NCBI RefSeq assembly: GCF_009834535.1
Contig: NC_045696.1
Coordinates: forward strand, 57,972,001-58,036,000
DNA: 64,000 nt
Source of the DNA: Camelus ferus
Taxonomy: Eukaryota
Direction: 5' to 3'
Shown: positions 1-13,300 of the stretch, piece after piece
Layout of the letters: every line of letters begins with the position of its first letter
Position numbering within the stretch: the stretch's first letter is position 1
Notes under the pieces: generated by a model
Database searches by the model: none
What the model saw: only the letters and a program-made list of their open reading frames with translations
Told to the model about the DNA's origin: nothing
Program-made: the position numbers and the translations under genes

Positions 1-992
1 ATTCTGAATACTTACTTTCAGTGATTTATAAAAGTCTTGCATAATCTAGGCCCAGCTACGGTCTGATTTCTTGAAAGTTCCTTTTTTTGCCTTACTAACT
101 CCTACCTACTCTTCACTTCTCCATTTACGACACCTCCTCTGAGAAGCTTTCCCCTTACCTCCCATGTCTGGGTTAGGTGGCTTTCCTGGTTGCTGCCAGA
201 GAACTTTCACCTTCCTCTTCCATAACTAACCTGCTTACTTCTCAGTTTCCCCAATTCGATTTTGAGTGGGAACAATGTCCGTCTTATCACTGTATCCCCA
301 GCAACTAGCACAATGCTTGGCACATATCATGGGTGCAATAAACATTAGCTGAATAAATTAATCAAATAAGCCTCAATCTCCCCAGGCAGTATTTTCAACG
401 GTATAATTTCCTAGTTAGCTCTAGGGCTAAGTTAAAAGGATCTCTCCAGACCCAAATTCCTAGTCATCCTGATGGATTTTGCCTCACTGATTGATACCTG
501 AGTGGACCACATGGTACCAGTAAATAATTTACTTTGGTGAGAGGGTTCAAAGTAAGTAACTTTAGAGACCCTAACGCTGCCAGCAATAAATGATCGCAAT
601 AAAACCCTATTAAAGAAATGAATTAAGTGGGATGTGTCTATATTTAAACGCTTCATCTGCAGAATTAGGGATGGACATTTTTTCCTGAGAGCCTGGGCTT
701 GGGTTACCCTGAGCTTTCCATGTAATTGCCCCTTAGGCAATCCATGTCATCATCAGCAAAGCCAACTTTGTGTGTATGTGTATGTGAGTGTGTTTTCATT
801 TACTAGTAACTAATCCTGCTGGTAGAAAGCAAGCCAAAAAATGGCTATAGAAGTTTATGGCCCAACACAGACGGAGCTTGGTTTCCTCGCCTCTTCCATT
901 CTATCTTATCCACTGACACACATGCGTGTTCACACTGCAAAGAAGGAACAGGTGGGAGAGCCGACTTTCCAACTTAACAAAAAGTTACTCAC

Positions 993-1364
993 CTGATAAG
1001 CTCCAAAGGACTCGCTCCTTTTTTCTTACCATTTCCTCTTGAACTTCGCACAGCATATGTTCAATCTTCATAACCGCCTCAATGAGGTCGGCCTGGGCTC
1101 CTTTAATCTCTAACTTTGCCTTTCCTGGACTGATAATCTCTGAGATAGAGACCTGTAACATTTTCTGAAGCTGGGATAAAATGTCATGTTCCTCTTCCCC
1201 AAGGTAGAGGATATGGTTATCCTCAATGATGTGGCAGTCCTGGAGGGTCAGGATCCTCTGGATCCATGCTTGAGCCTCATCTACCTTTTCCTGGTTGGAT
1301 CCCATCAGCTTGATGACAGGACCTTTGAGTCCATTTTCTCTCTTCTCTCTGGTCCCCTGGCAGA
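993..1364 (-). CDS. PARP9: PARP9 coding exon ([12 protein letters not shown]...ERVLWSLSG), region between macrodomain 2 and the ART domain
   Basis: 372 nt, acceptor tttttag, donor G|gtgagt, phase 1-1; ORF 985..1389. Confidence 0.93.
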
Positions 1365-4300
1365 CTAAAAAGACTATCGTAAGTAACAACAGAAGGCAGC
1401 CAGTTTAAAATCAATGCATGAAAAAAACCACCATGGCCAGTGTTGCCCCGAGGATATTGTCACCATCCTCAGCAGTAGCAGCTTCAATTAAGTACCTACA
1501 TCTGAGCACTGAGCACTGTGCTGAGTACAAAGGAAATCTAAATGCATGGTTTATGGCCTTTTGGGGAACACAGGGTTTAGTCTGTAAGGGGGGTGCTTTA
1601 TCATGTCTTGACCCTGCTGTGTTGCATTAGTCAATTCACAGATGAGCTCACCTTGTGATCTCATCCTGGATGTTAACCAACTATCAATTCCTGCTGAATG
1701 GGATTTTTCTTAAAGTCTTGTTACCACTGGGTTTAAAATCAAACATATATGAAAGCCACAGAGCTTAAAGAGCAAAAATTCTTTTTTAAAACAACAACAA
1801 CATGTGTTTCTGATTCTAAAAAATAATACCTGTTTATTATCGAAAAATAGGAAATTATCAAAGTACTACAAAAGGAAGAAATACCCATAATTTCACTATC
1901 TGGGATTCCTTTTTATAACTTATCTGTATATGGCAGGACATTTTGTACCTCCACAACTAGCATTTGGAGCTTAGCAGCTGCTGCTGCTACTGCTGCTGAA
2001 CATAATATACATTCCAGCAGAAAAGGAAACAGGACTTGTTTCCAACCCATCCACCTGTACCCTTTTCCACAACTCCCCCCCTCCAAGGAATAAAGATATA
2101 TATAAAGAGCAAGAATCTCTGATGGATTAGAATGACTGAACCCAATGTGACATAAAAGTGGGATGGGCAATGGACTAGCTAAGAGGGAATTCCTAGGTGA
2201 AGCAGTATCTAGAATACATAAAGAATTCCCTCAAATCATGAAGAAAAAGAAATAATCCAGTAGCCAGTCAGGCAAAAGATTTCACAGAAAAGGAAACAAA
2301 AATGGCCCATACATGTGAGAAAAGATGCTCATCTTCATTGGCAGTCGGGGAAATGAAAAATAACCAGATTGACAAAAATTCAGAAGTCTGACAACATCAA
2401 GTGTTAGCAAGAACACAGAGCAACTGGAATTTCTATAAATTCAAATCACATGTAAAACTGGAACAACCACTCCTGTAATTAAAGAACTTTGGGACTTGTG
2501 TATCAGGAGATACAAGAAAGTTCACATTCTTGTTTGTAACAGAAATTACCTGCATGTCTTTTAAAAATAACTATTAGAGTAATGAAAAGGAATAAACTTT
2601 AGCTACATGGATAGATTTCAGAAACACATTTTGATAATAAAAAGTAAACTGAGCACTTACTATGTTCTAGGCATTATTCTAAGTGCTTTACATGTATTAT
2701 TTTATTTGATTCTCACAATCCTACAGATAGGTACTGTTAGTAGTACCCATCATACAAATGAGGAAACTGATTCATAAAGTTATTAACTAAGATGCCCATG
2801 GTTATAGGACTTGTAAGTGGTGGCCATGGAGCTAGTAGGTGTGAACAGTCTGACTCCAGTACTCATACAATTCTGCTTCCTAGCAAGTGATCCCAAGACA
2901 ACAGTGGTCATGAGCATCTTTCCCCCTGTTACAGTAGTTGCATGGTACCAGGAGCTATGACAAAGTACCAGGACACACCTTTCTAGGTAGGCAGGAGGAG
3001 ATGAATGGCTTTCCTCTGAGTAAAATTAAAAGCCAGTGTTTTAGACAACAGTAAGAAGTGACAGAGAGCCTTAAACTGATGACATATTTTTTTTAACCCT
3101 TGTTCTGCCTGGGAGATTATTTAATTTTTAGGAGAAAATAAAAACAATACATGGTGACACCTCACCTGTCCATGATTATCAAGAAAGGAGAATTATTCTT
3201 CTAGGTAACTAAATTGTTCAGATCGCTAAAGGAGTCTCTCCTAGCACCAAAACTTGTTTGTTTGTTTGTATATTTAAACATATTTAATTTTAACAATTTA
3301 TTAGTTACATATTTCTAATGGAAACACACTTCCCTGCTTTCCTAAATAGTTAAACTTTCCTTGATAATCTGAGATGATCATCATTAATCATTATTAGTAT
3401 CAATTACTGTCCTAGGCTATAATTTACAAATGTCAAGAATTACTGAAATAAATGGTGCTGCCTGGCACCATTGTTCAGATTAATGATATAGAGACACTTG
3501 TATGTTCCTTTTCCATATTATCATCACCTAAAACTCCTCCTATCCAGCTCCCCTAGAGTCACTGTGGTTCCCCAAATATGCACTCCATTTGTTTGCTTCT
3601 GTGAGTTTTCTTCACTTTAGGTGCCCCACCCCACCAACTCTGGCCATTGAGAATCTTGCCATCCTCAAAGCTCAGCTTAGTTAGAATCATCTTGCCTATG
3701 AAGTCATTCTTGCTCCCTTCCAGGAAGAAGGCATCTCTCCCTCTTCTGAGCCACCTGGGGAGTTTGTCCGTCCTCTCATTCATTATTTATTCCCTGGCAT
3801 CTGTTTAATGCTTTGCAATTTACAGAATATTTTTTACATACATAACCTCCAGTTATTCTCACAACAGTCTGTTGTTATCATCATTTTACAAATAGATAAA
3901 TAGGCTCATACGAGGTGCAGTCACAGGCCAGAGATTTTAAAGTCCCTCCTTCTCATTTCCAATCCTGCTGGACACTGAATGTCTGTAAGTGAACTCTTCT
4001 ATTTAAAGGGCATAAACAAATCATTTTGACCCTAATGGAAAATATCTTAACAGTTTCTATTGCTGGTTGAATGTCTGGTGTTCTTAACGTCTATGGGACA
4101 CTGTGGATTGAAATGTAGTTATAAGATAAAGTTAATCCTTATCCAATGACAACCAGGACTGGTTTAGTCCAGCGAACCCCAAAGCTGGTTCAGCAGCAAA
4201 ACTGACTGGGCAGCATTAAAAAATATACATGCTTAGCCCAGACTCAAGAGTTCCTGAATCAGAATCTGTAGAGTTAGGGCCATACATATTTTTGTTTGTT

Positions 4301-7300
4301 TTTTAAAGTTTCTGTCATGATCCCAATGATTACTCAGGTTTGTGTAGCATTGGGTTAATTCATTTGTTATCTGGTATTACTGAGCTGTGTTTTCTATGAC
4401 TACTGATAAGTAACCCCATTTAGATGGCACTCCATTCAAAGCAGAAAGCGTAACTGGCTTAGTAAGCTTATGAAAAAAATAATAGACAGCTATTTGTAAA
4501 TGAACTACCCACATTGTGGATTACCCACTGCGACTTAGCTTCTCTCTGTTCATATCATGAAAATAGACTGAGCAAAAATAGAATCATGGTCAGGTGTAGA
4601 GCAGGCTGGCATTCAATTACAATTAAATGTTTTTGGCTTATTTCTTCTTCTTCTCCCCTCCACTAGTTCAGATGATCAAGAATAGCAAGAGCCTATGGTG
4701 GTAGACTCTACTTCCAGGCCCGTGAATTTCTTACTCACCACTAGGGTAACTGTTAAGACCGTGCAGCTTGACCTTATTCTTTTCCATTTCAGTGCTGAAA
4801 AACTACAAGAAGCAAAACAGAGCAGAGAGTCCTAAGTGAGGCTTTTAGTCACTGTCATCATTATTATTATATGACAGTCTACACACAAAGATTTATGTAT
4901 ATTGCCAAGCAGATCCTTTAACAGTGTCTATTTGAAAAAATTCATCTCTCCCAGGGTTTGGAACCACCATGCCCAGTGTCTTCCTTGTTTAAAGTTGATG
5001 CACTCGATATTAATTACTTCATTGAAAAAGATGGTAAATAATGAGGTAAAGACTAGATTTTTCATTACATCTGAACTTCGACAATGAAGTTTCTTAATCT
5101 GTAGGACATTTTCTTCATAAATCATATTTGCACTGCAATTTTCAGGGCAAAAAGCTCTTGATCTTACCATACTTATGCAGTACCTGAAGAGGTCATGACA
5201 GGGAAATTCCCTGCCCTTCAAAACAAATGAGATAACATTACCTGCTTATAAATAGACTAATAATAGCTGCCATATGCAAAATGGATAAAAATCCACTTCG
5301 AAAGACAACAGTAACTTAATCAGCATCAATAACATAGAAGGTGTGGATAACAAGCAGATGGTCTGCAAGGAGTTTGGAAAAGTAGATCCAAATGGCAAGA
5401 ACTTGGCAGTTTTTCTAGCTATGTCCACAAATGTCCAATACCCAATGTGAGGGATGTCAGGAGTGTTCCTAGTAAGGTATTCCTTATTCTAAGACATAAT
5501 GTCTGACACAAGGTAGATGTGCAATAAATATTTGTTAAATAACCAAATGAATGACTATCCACCACCTTTATAGATACTCAGCTTCAGCCAGGACCCTTAT
5601 CATCATGAAATACTGGGTAAACACAGTATTTTGGTCAGCTAAGGAGTTATTTACTCGTCATTCATGAATTGGAAAGTTCACGCGTGTGAATATAAGTATA
5701 CTTTATTGTGAGTTTAGTATAGGTTGGTCTTTCTGAGTCAGGTCAGACTCTAGATGTCTGACAAATCTATTTTCTGGAATGCAGGGACCTTGCCAAGGTA
5801 ATGCCCCCTGTGAACTGTGTCAGTTGTCCTCTGATCTTTCTGAACACACATCCCTCATTAAAAGACCTGTTTACAAAGAAAAGATGTGCTTAGCAGAAGA
5901 CCAGAGATATATACGCATCTGTACACACACGTCATACTCCCACATGGATATAATGTAGTGGTAACACTGTAAAATGCCTGAACGAATGGTCAATGTCCAG
6001 GGTATTACATAAATTACTGTGTAAGATAATCCTCTCCTTTGAGCCAAACTGAAAGTTGTATCATCTCTCAAGTCATTTTTTCTGTATTTTTTGTTTAGTG
6101 GCTCAGAACACAGGCTTTGGGGTCAGACCAACACCAAAAGACCCAGGTTGGAATTCTGGCTCAGCCACTGGACTAGTCGTGTGCATATTAACTTCTGGTC
6201 CCATGTGTAAAATGAAGAAGACAACAGTGGCTTCATCACAGGATTGAGGGGAGAGTGAAAAGATACACCTTCCTCCTGGCACAGTACCTGGCCGATGCAT
6301 ACAAGGCAACTACTTTTATTATTAGCCCCTAGGAGTGCCCTCCAACTGTGGTTGATCTTTGTGTATTGTTGAGTGACCGTGTACATTTTTGTTTGTATGT
6401 TAAAGAGAATGAGCGCCTTCTTTTCTAGATGTGGTTAATTCCCCTTACAGGGATATGGGGCTTTATGGATAGTTCAGGGATATACTCAGGGCACCTATCT
6501 AGGCCCTGTAATAGTCCTCTGCTTGGGGGGAAAGCTGCTGAACTTCATTTGAATGACAGTATGATTCATTTTGTCAAGAAGGTAAGCTACTTCATTGGGT
6601 AATTTTCCCCCATCCTGCAGGTCAGCTGTAGATGAGACAGTGGTGTACAGGAGCTGGCTTACATCAGCTCACGAGACCCCACTGTGAACATATCTTCCAA
6701 TTCCTCCTTCAGCCATGCAGCATCGATAGCATGATGTCAGTAATGGAAATCAGCACACTACAGACCTCCCTGTGTCCAGTGAGGCAGCAAAAGGACTAAG
6801 AACCTTTACACCGGTTCCAGGAAAGAGCAAGCTAGAATAAGTCTAAGTTTGTTTCCTTGTAGGGAGAGAGAAAATGGCAACCACCCACGTGGAGATAGTC
6901 TGGGAGGTAGGGAGGAGAAGCGGGAGGAGCAGAGGACCCCACACTAAAAACTAGGAAGTCATTTATTTTTAAGGAGCAGAGGGAAGAATCAATGCCAACA
7001 AAGGAAAAGAGAGAAGCTAGGTAGTGTGGTAAATATGCCTTCGACAATAACTTTCTTCACTAGGTCAGAAGTGAGCAATTTATAAAAATTAAATTTCACC
7101 AAGTTAGAACATCACCATGCTGTACAGCACTTGACCCTGTGTCTTACTTTAGAGATACCAAACAGATGTTGTTGAGTGAATGAATGAATGAACTGTAGGA
7201 CATTTTTAAGATATTAACTCACCTTATATGTCTCCAGTTCTTTTGGAAAGATCACAAACTTTACAGTTAATTGTTTTTGCAAATGGTGTTTGGCAAATAG

Positions 7301-10300
7301 TAAAACTTCATTAAACATTATCTCTGCTGCTGTACCCTTCGAAATACCTATGACTCCAGTCCCAAGGGCAGGAAAGGAAATAGAAGTTATATTTAGCTCA
7401 AGACATTTTTCCAAGCATTCCTTCATTGCATTTTTCAATACCTGTAGGAAAAAGACAAATTTAAGATCAGCCTTGAATCAAAAATAAGACTTCACTTACA
7501 CATTAACCCTGCCCATATTTTACAGTGCCAACATCCACTATCCTTCAGGGCCATGTCTACATCTCCTCAGGGGACAGAAAAGGTCCCATGAGACAGGAAA
7601 CCCATTACAGTGATAAGGTTAGATGAGAAATGAAAGGGCTGAGAAACTGAAGTAACTGAATGGTCCATTTTGTGCCATTCAGGACATCTGGGTATTGTGA
7701 TTTCTACCAGTTTATGTACTTCTCCCCAGGTCAGAGAGCCAAACTTCAGTTTATCCCCTTTCACTGGGCACTTATAGGTCAACATAAAGAGCTTTTAGTA
7801 AAGGAGAGAGAGATTAAAGCAAATAAGCAACATTTATTCAGTGTCATTAAGTACTGTCGTATAATTTATTTTTGGCAGATTTAAACTTCCATCAACATTT
7901 TAACATTCAGACTGAATACTAATTTAGAAAGGTTACCTATGGAAGGACCTTGGAAAACTGAGGGGTAGAGAATGACTGGAGGACATATTTGGGATCTGAG
8001 GGCTCTCCAGACAAAAGACCAGAAACGGTGACAAAGTAAATAAAGACAAAGGTAGAGAAGGGGATTAAGTTTCCCTCTCTCCGCATCTCAGTAGGTTTCC
8101 CCTATTCTCTGATGCATGTATCTTATGTGCCTCAGTTGTAGAGTCAGCCAGAGAGCTAAGCTCTACCACAAGCACAGGTGGGAAGACAACACAGGTAACA
8201 GATTTGACCAGAATGATACTGGAAGGGAAATCCCAGGTGGTCCTGGAATCTAACCGATGGCAGGAAATATGGAGAGCCTGAATCCCAGGCCCTGTAGGAA
8301 AAGGCCTCCAGGGTCACTGGGTGTGGCAAGATGAACAAGTGTGCAGAGTGTCTGTGTCTATCTGACGTGTAACCACTTAAAACTTAGACATGGGTTAGGT
8401 GATATTTTAAAATAAACTTAAGATAACTTGTGACCACAACACCTGTTTTGTATTTCAGGTATTCACAGGAGTCGTAGAGAATGGGGACTATTCCACTTGA
8501 CAATATTTCATGAATGTAATGACATGATGGAAGTTCAACAAAGACTACATAGACTCTGGAGCTACAGAAAGATAAATTTATTTTAACTTACGGTGAGGAA
8601 GAACATGAAAACGAATACATGTATGTTCACGTGACTGAAGCATTGTGCTGTGCACCAGAAACTGACACAACAGTGTAAACTGACTGTACTTCAATAAAGA
8701 TATATATTTTAAAAAAGGTAAATTTATTTTGACCTTACCAGATTTTGTTCAGAATATTGCCACAACACATGGTATACATATTTGCAGGACAATTTAAATC
8801 CTTTTGTGACCAGTACAGACTGGGAATCTAGCGGTGTCTTACTCATCTTTTGGCTAAATTCCTGTTCTAGTTCATCTCCTGCTACTCGCAGAATTGATTT
8901 CGACACAGACCCAAATCCAAAATCATAATATGAATCTACAGAATTAACAATTACATCCGTCTGCAAAGGGAAAAAATGAACAGGATTAAATCACTTTTTC
9001 TTAAATGACTAACTGAAATCTTTATTTCCCTGAAAAGCTTTGAAAAGCACTTTTGAAGATCCTAAATCCTATAAAAATACCATTTAATAATGGATATAAA
9101 CTCATTTCCAAAGAGTGATCATTTGATTGCCATGAGTCTGTTTGTCCTATTCTCCTACTGAGAAATTAGGTAAAGTTGTGTGGATGATATAATTTTTATT
9201 GCAAACTTCTGTCAGCCCCTTGCTGGCTTCTACCTCCAATATTCCCAGATTCTGAGCAGTCTCTGTGATTTGTTGTATGTTATCAATCAGTGGTTTCATT
9301 TCCTGCCCTAGTGTCATCACTTTTTTGCTGTTTCTAGGTGATTTTTCATTTTGCTTTATTTTAAACAGAGTGGAAATAAAATTTCTCAAAAAATTTCTAC
9401 CTCCTAATTTGTATTTTTAAGGTAAGTAGTACATGATTAAAGAAAGCACAAATAAGACAAAAAAGTCTTTGGTGGAAAGCAGGTGTCCCTTTTGGTGGTG
9501 TCCCCAGATCCCCCTCACCCACCTGTCCTACAGGCAACCATTTCACCAGTTCTTCATCTGTCCTTTCAGACACAGACTGTACATACACATGGGCTGTATT
9601 TTAAATAATGTCACCTCTTAGAGTTGTGCTAAAAGGGGTTGTATCCTTCTTTCCTCCCATGCTCAAATCCCCCTAATTCATCCTGATGGTTTTGGCTCCC
9701 TTTGGGAGTAACTTAGGTACTTCTCATGGATGTTAACAAATGTGTCACTTTGAAAATGCAATCAGAATTTGCAAGTTGGGGGCACTGGCACCCTCTACAA
9801 ATTTTAAAATCTCTAATGTTGGCAATAAATAGATACAATAAAATTTTAGTTAAAGGAATAAGTTATTTAACCAGGATGTTTCCCCTTTAACTTCTAATCG
9901 ACATATTAATGACTTATCAAATAAATATTTCATTTCATGGGTCCCCTCAATCTTCTTTCTAATTGTCTTGAAGGCAATAAGTGGCATTTTTCTACTTGTG
10001 ATTAGGTCATTTGATTGTGGCCATAAAAAAGTCCCTGATCCAGGAAAAAAAAAATGTATATATATATATATATATATGGCTTTATATAGTCTTTGTCTTC
10101 CTCCACTGAAGCTCTTGCTCCCTGCTGCCCCCTGAAGTTATTCATCAATAATTTGGTGAACACCTAGATGCATGCCCAGAGACCAGCTCTGGGACTACAA
10201 ACCTTGATCCCCACCCTCAAGGTGCTCTTTGCCTAGCAGGGAAGCAGCACTAATCCAGAAATACCTAGGTTCACTGCCACCCTGACTCCCTCCTCTCCCT

Positions 10301-13300
10301 GCAGGGCCCTCACCTTTGTGCCCAATGATCCCTGGCTAAAAGCTAAGTTACACTTTGTATCCTCCACAGTCCCTGGCACAGAGGCATATACTCAGAAGAT
10401 AATCTACAGCTCCATATGGGTCTGATGACTGGTCCAGCCTATTATTTTTAATCTGTCAATTCCTCTGTATCTCTCTGATTAGTCATTGTAACCACCCAGG
10501 CCTCTCCTCCTGCCAGTTCATAACCAACTTAACTTGATATCAGATTCAAAACTCACATCTTCTAGAGTAATCCTTCATGGTCTACTACACTCCACACCTG
10601 TCACAAGTGTACATACTCATATATATTATGAATACACTTTCTATTAAGACTTCCTTGTTTATTATTGATAGGTTGCTTTAGAAATGTTCAGATGATTTGT
10701 CTCCCCAGTGAGATTTTTCAAATAGAGAATCTTTTTACTCAAAGAGAATATGATAGATTTTAACTACCCTGGAATCAAAGATTGCTCTATTTCCTCATGG
10801 TGCCTAAGAATAATAGTAATAATAATCATAAATAGTTATCACATGCCAAGTTCTACTCTAATAAGTTTATATGTATTGATTCCAACTCTAAGATATAAGT
10901 GCTATTATTATCCTCATTTTACAGATGAGAAAACTGAAGTCCAAATGGTAAAGTAACTTGATTCAGGTCACCCAGTTAGTACAGGGCAAAGCTAGTATTC
11001 AAATCCAGATGGCCTGGCTCTGAAGTCCACACTCTTATCCTTAACAAGATACTTTCTAAGCAGTGTTTGAAACAGTCTATACTCAAAACATAATTGGTAG
11101 CTAATAAACAGTTCAGAGATCCCCTTTGGCAGTGCAAGAGAACGGAAACAAAGACCTACCTCTTGCAGTTCAATGAGGCCCAAGACAATCTGGAGAGTCA
11201 GGTTGTTCACCACCATTGTATCAAAAGGGGAGATGACTTCTTGACTCGCCCAGGATTCTAGCTCGTTCCTCCCTAGGATGACTTCTGAAGCAGTTTTAAA
11301 GGCAGCAACAGTAGGGTCCTCATTGCTTACCAGATGAATTTCTTTCAAATTACTGGCTAGTTTCTCACTCTGGGAATAACTCTTGATAGCTTGCACAATG
11401 ACCCGTGTACACAAATCCAGAGGGAATTTGAAAATTCCAGAGCTCAAGGCTGGAATTGCTATTGTCTTGATGTGCAAATTTTCATCACTGACTTGATTCA
11501 AAACATTGACAATGGCCAAATACAGATTCTCGACACATTCTGATGCATCCATTGACCCCCACCGAGGCCCAACAGCGTGGATAATGAATTTGCAGGGAAG
11601 CTTCCCTGCTCCTGTGATAGCTATCCCACTAGTCGGTATTTTGCCAAATGAAGAAATGAATCTTCTGCTCTCCTCTTGGATTTCAAGGCCACCAGCTTTC
11701 ACAAGGGCCAGGGCCAGGCCTCCCCCATGTATAAGGTCTTCATTGGCTGCATTCACCACAGCATCAACAGCATGTCTGGTGAGGTCATCCTTCCAGACAG
11801 ATAACTCTAGCCTGGGAGTCAGCATTTTTCTGAAGACTTGTAGAGACTCATTGTTACCTTCCTGAGTTGGAGAGACCAGGGTAGAGATACACCCAAATTT
11901 ATTCTGGAGGACTTCCCATAGCTGACTCTTATTATTTTTTAAAATTTTGAAGTCACTGTGATTAATGGAAATCTGTTGACTATAGTTTTCTCTGAGCATG
12001 TCAGTCTCTGAAAAAGGAGAGGAGATAAAAAATAAAGAAACGAGCAAAGGTTCCTTTGAAAAGGATGTAATTCTACTTCACACCAGGAGACTGAACTTCC
12101 CATGTGCAAAAGAGACATGAACTTCCTCTAGGCCCCTTCCTGATCCTCCCTCTCACCTCGACCTGTAATTAGACCAAGAGTTTTCAATGGTAAGTTACCA
12201 TAAAGTGCCTAGTCTTATGCCTGGCATATACCAATAAATGGTAGCTACTATGATACCATGATGGTGGTAAGAAAACTGCATGCATCGAGGCTCATAGATT
12301 TTAAAAATCCACATAAAAATGGTGAGTTTGGGAAGACCCATGCTTAAGGCACAATTATTGGAAAGGACTTAATTGTGAGTCAAAAATATGTGGAGGCTCT
12401 ATTCATAGACTTAAATTTTTTTTCTATTTTCTTTAATGGGGGAGTTGGTTAGATTTATTTATTTATTTATTTTTAAACAGAGGTACTGGGAATTGAACTC
12501 AGGACCTCGTGCATGCTAGGCATGAAGACTACCACTGAGCTATACCCTCCCCTCTTGGAGGCTCTATTCATAACTTGTTTGCTTTTGTCTTAGTTTGGGT
12601 TCTCCTAGAAGCTGACTCTGAGACAAGGATTTGAGTGTAAGTTTATTTGGGAGGTGATCCCAGAAAATACCAGGGGCGTGAGACAGGGAGAGCAGAGAGG
12701 GAAAGTGAGACAGGGGAAGGAAGGAAACAAATGAAGGAGATGTTACGAAGCAAATGAAACTTAACTCCAAAGGGGTGTGGGTGGGCCAGTGTAGACCACA
12801 CATCTCAGAGTTATACCACAAGAGGGGTAAAGGAGCTAAGATATTTATCCAGCTTCTATCAGTCACCAGTCGAGGATGCTCCTGGGGTCATGGTCCAGCA
12901 GATGGGTGGAGCACTGACAATGCCACAGTAAATAATTCTTCATCATACTCCTGTTTTTGTGGCACGATTTTGGTGGAATTAAAACTGATTGACTAAAAAT
13001 GATTCTGTGTATGTGGCAGGCAAAAAGATGTGCTGCTCAGATCACCCCTCAATGAAGAGGGGGATATGGTTATCTGACAGCCTCCAGTTGTTAGCCCCTC
13101 GGGGCCCATCTCAGCTCTCCAGGCCGCATCATGCTATTTTCAGGGTGGCCCCCATCAATGGCTGAAAAAGGCCACTGATTCCAACGTGGGACCCCACCAG
13201 CGGGCAATCTCAGGCTGCCAGAGCTTTGCCAGGTTTTTACAACAGCCTGATGGCTCTGTCTGCCCAATACAGTTTCTTTCTTACCTTCACAATAAATCTT

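Noticed and set aside
11506..11865. 119-aa ORF antisense to PARP9 macrodomain 1
   Set aside because: Shadow ORF of a real coding exon
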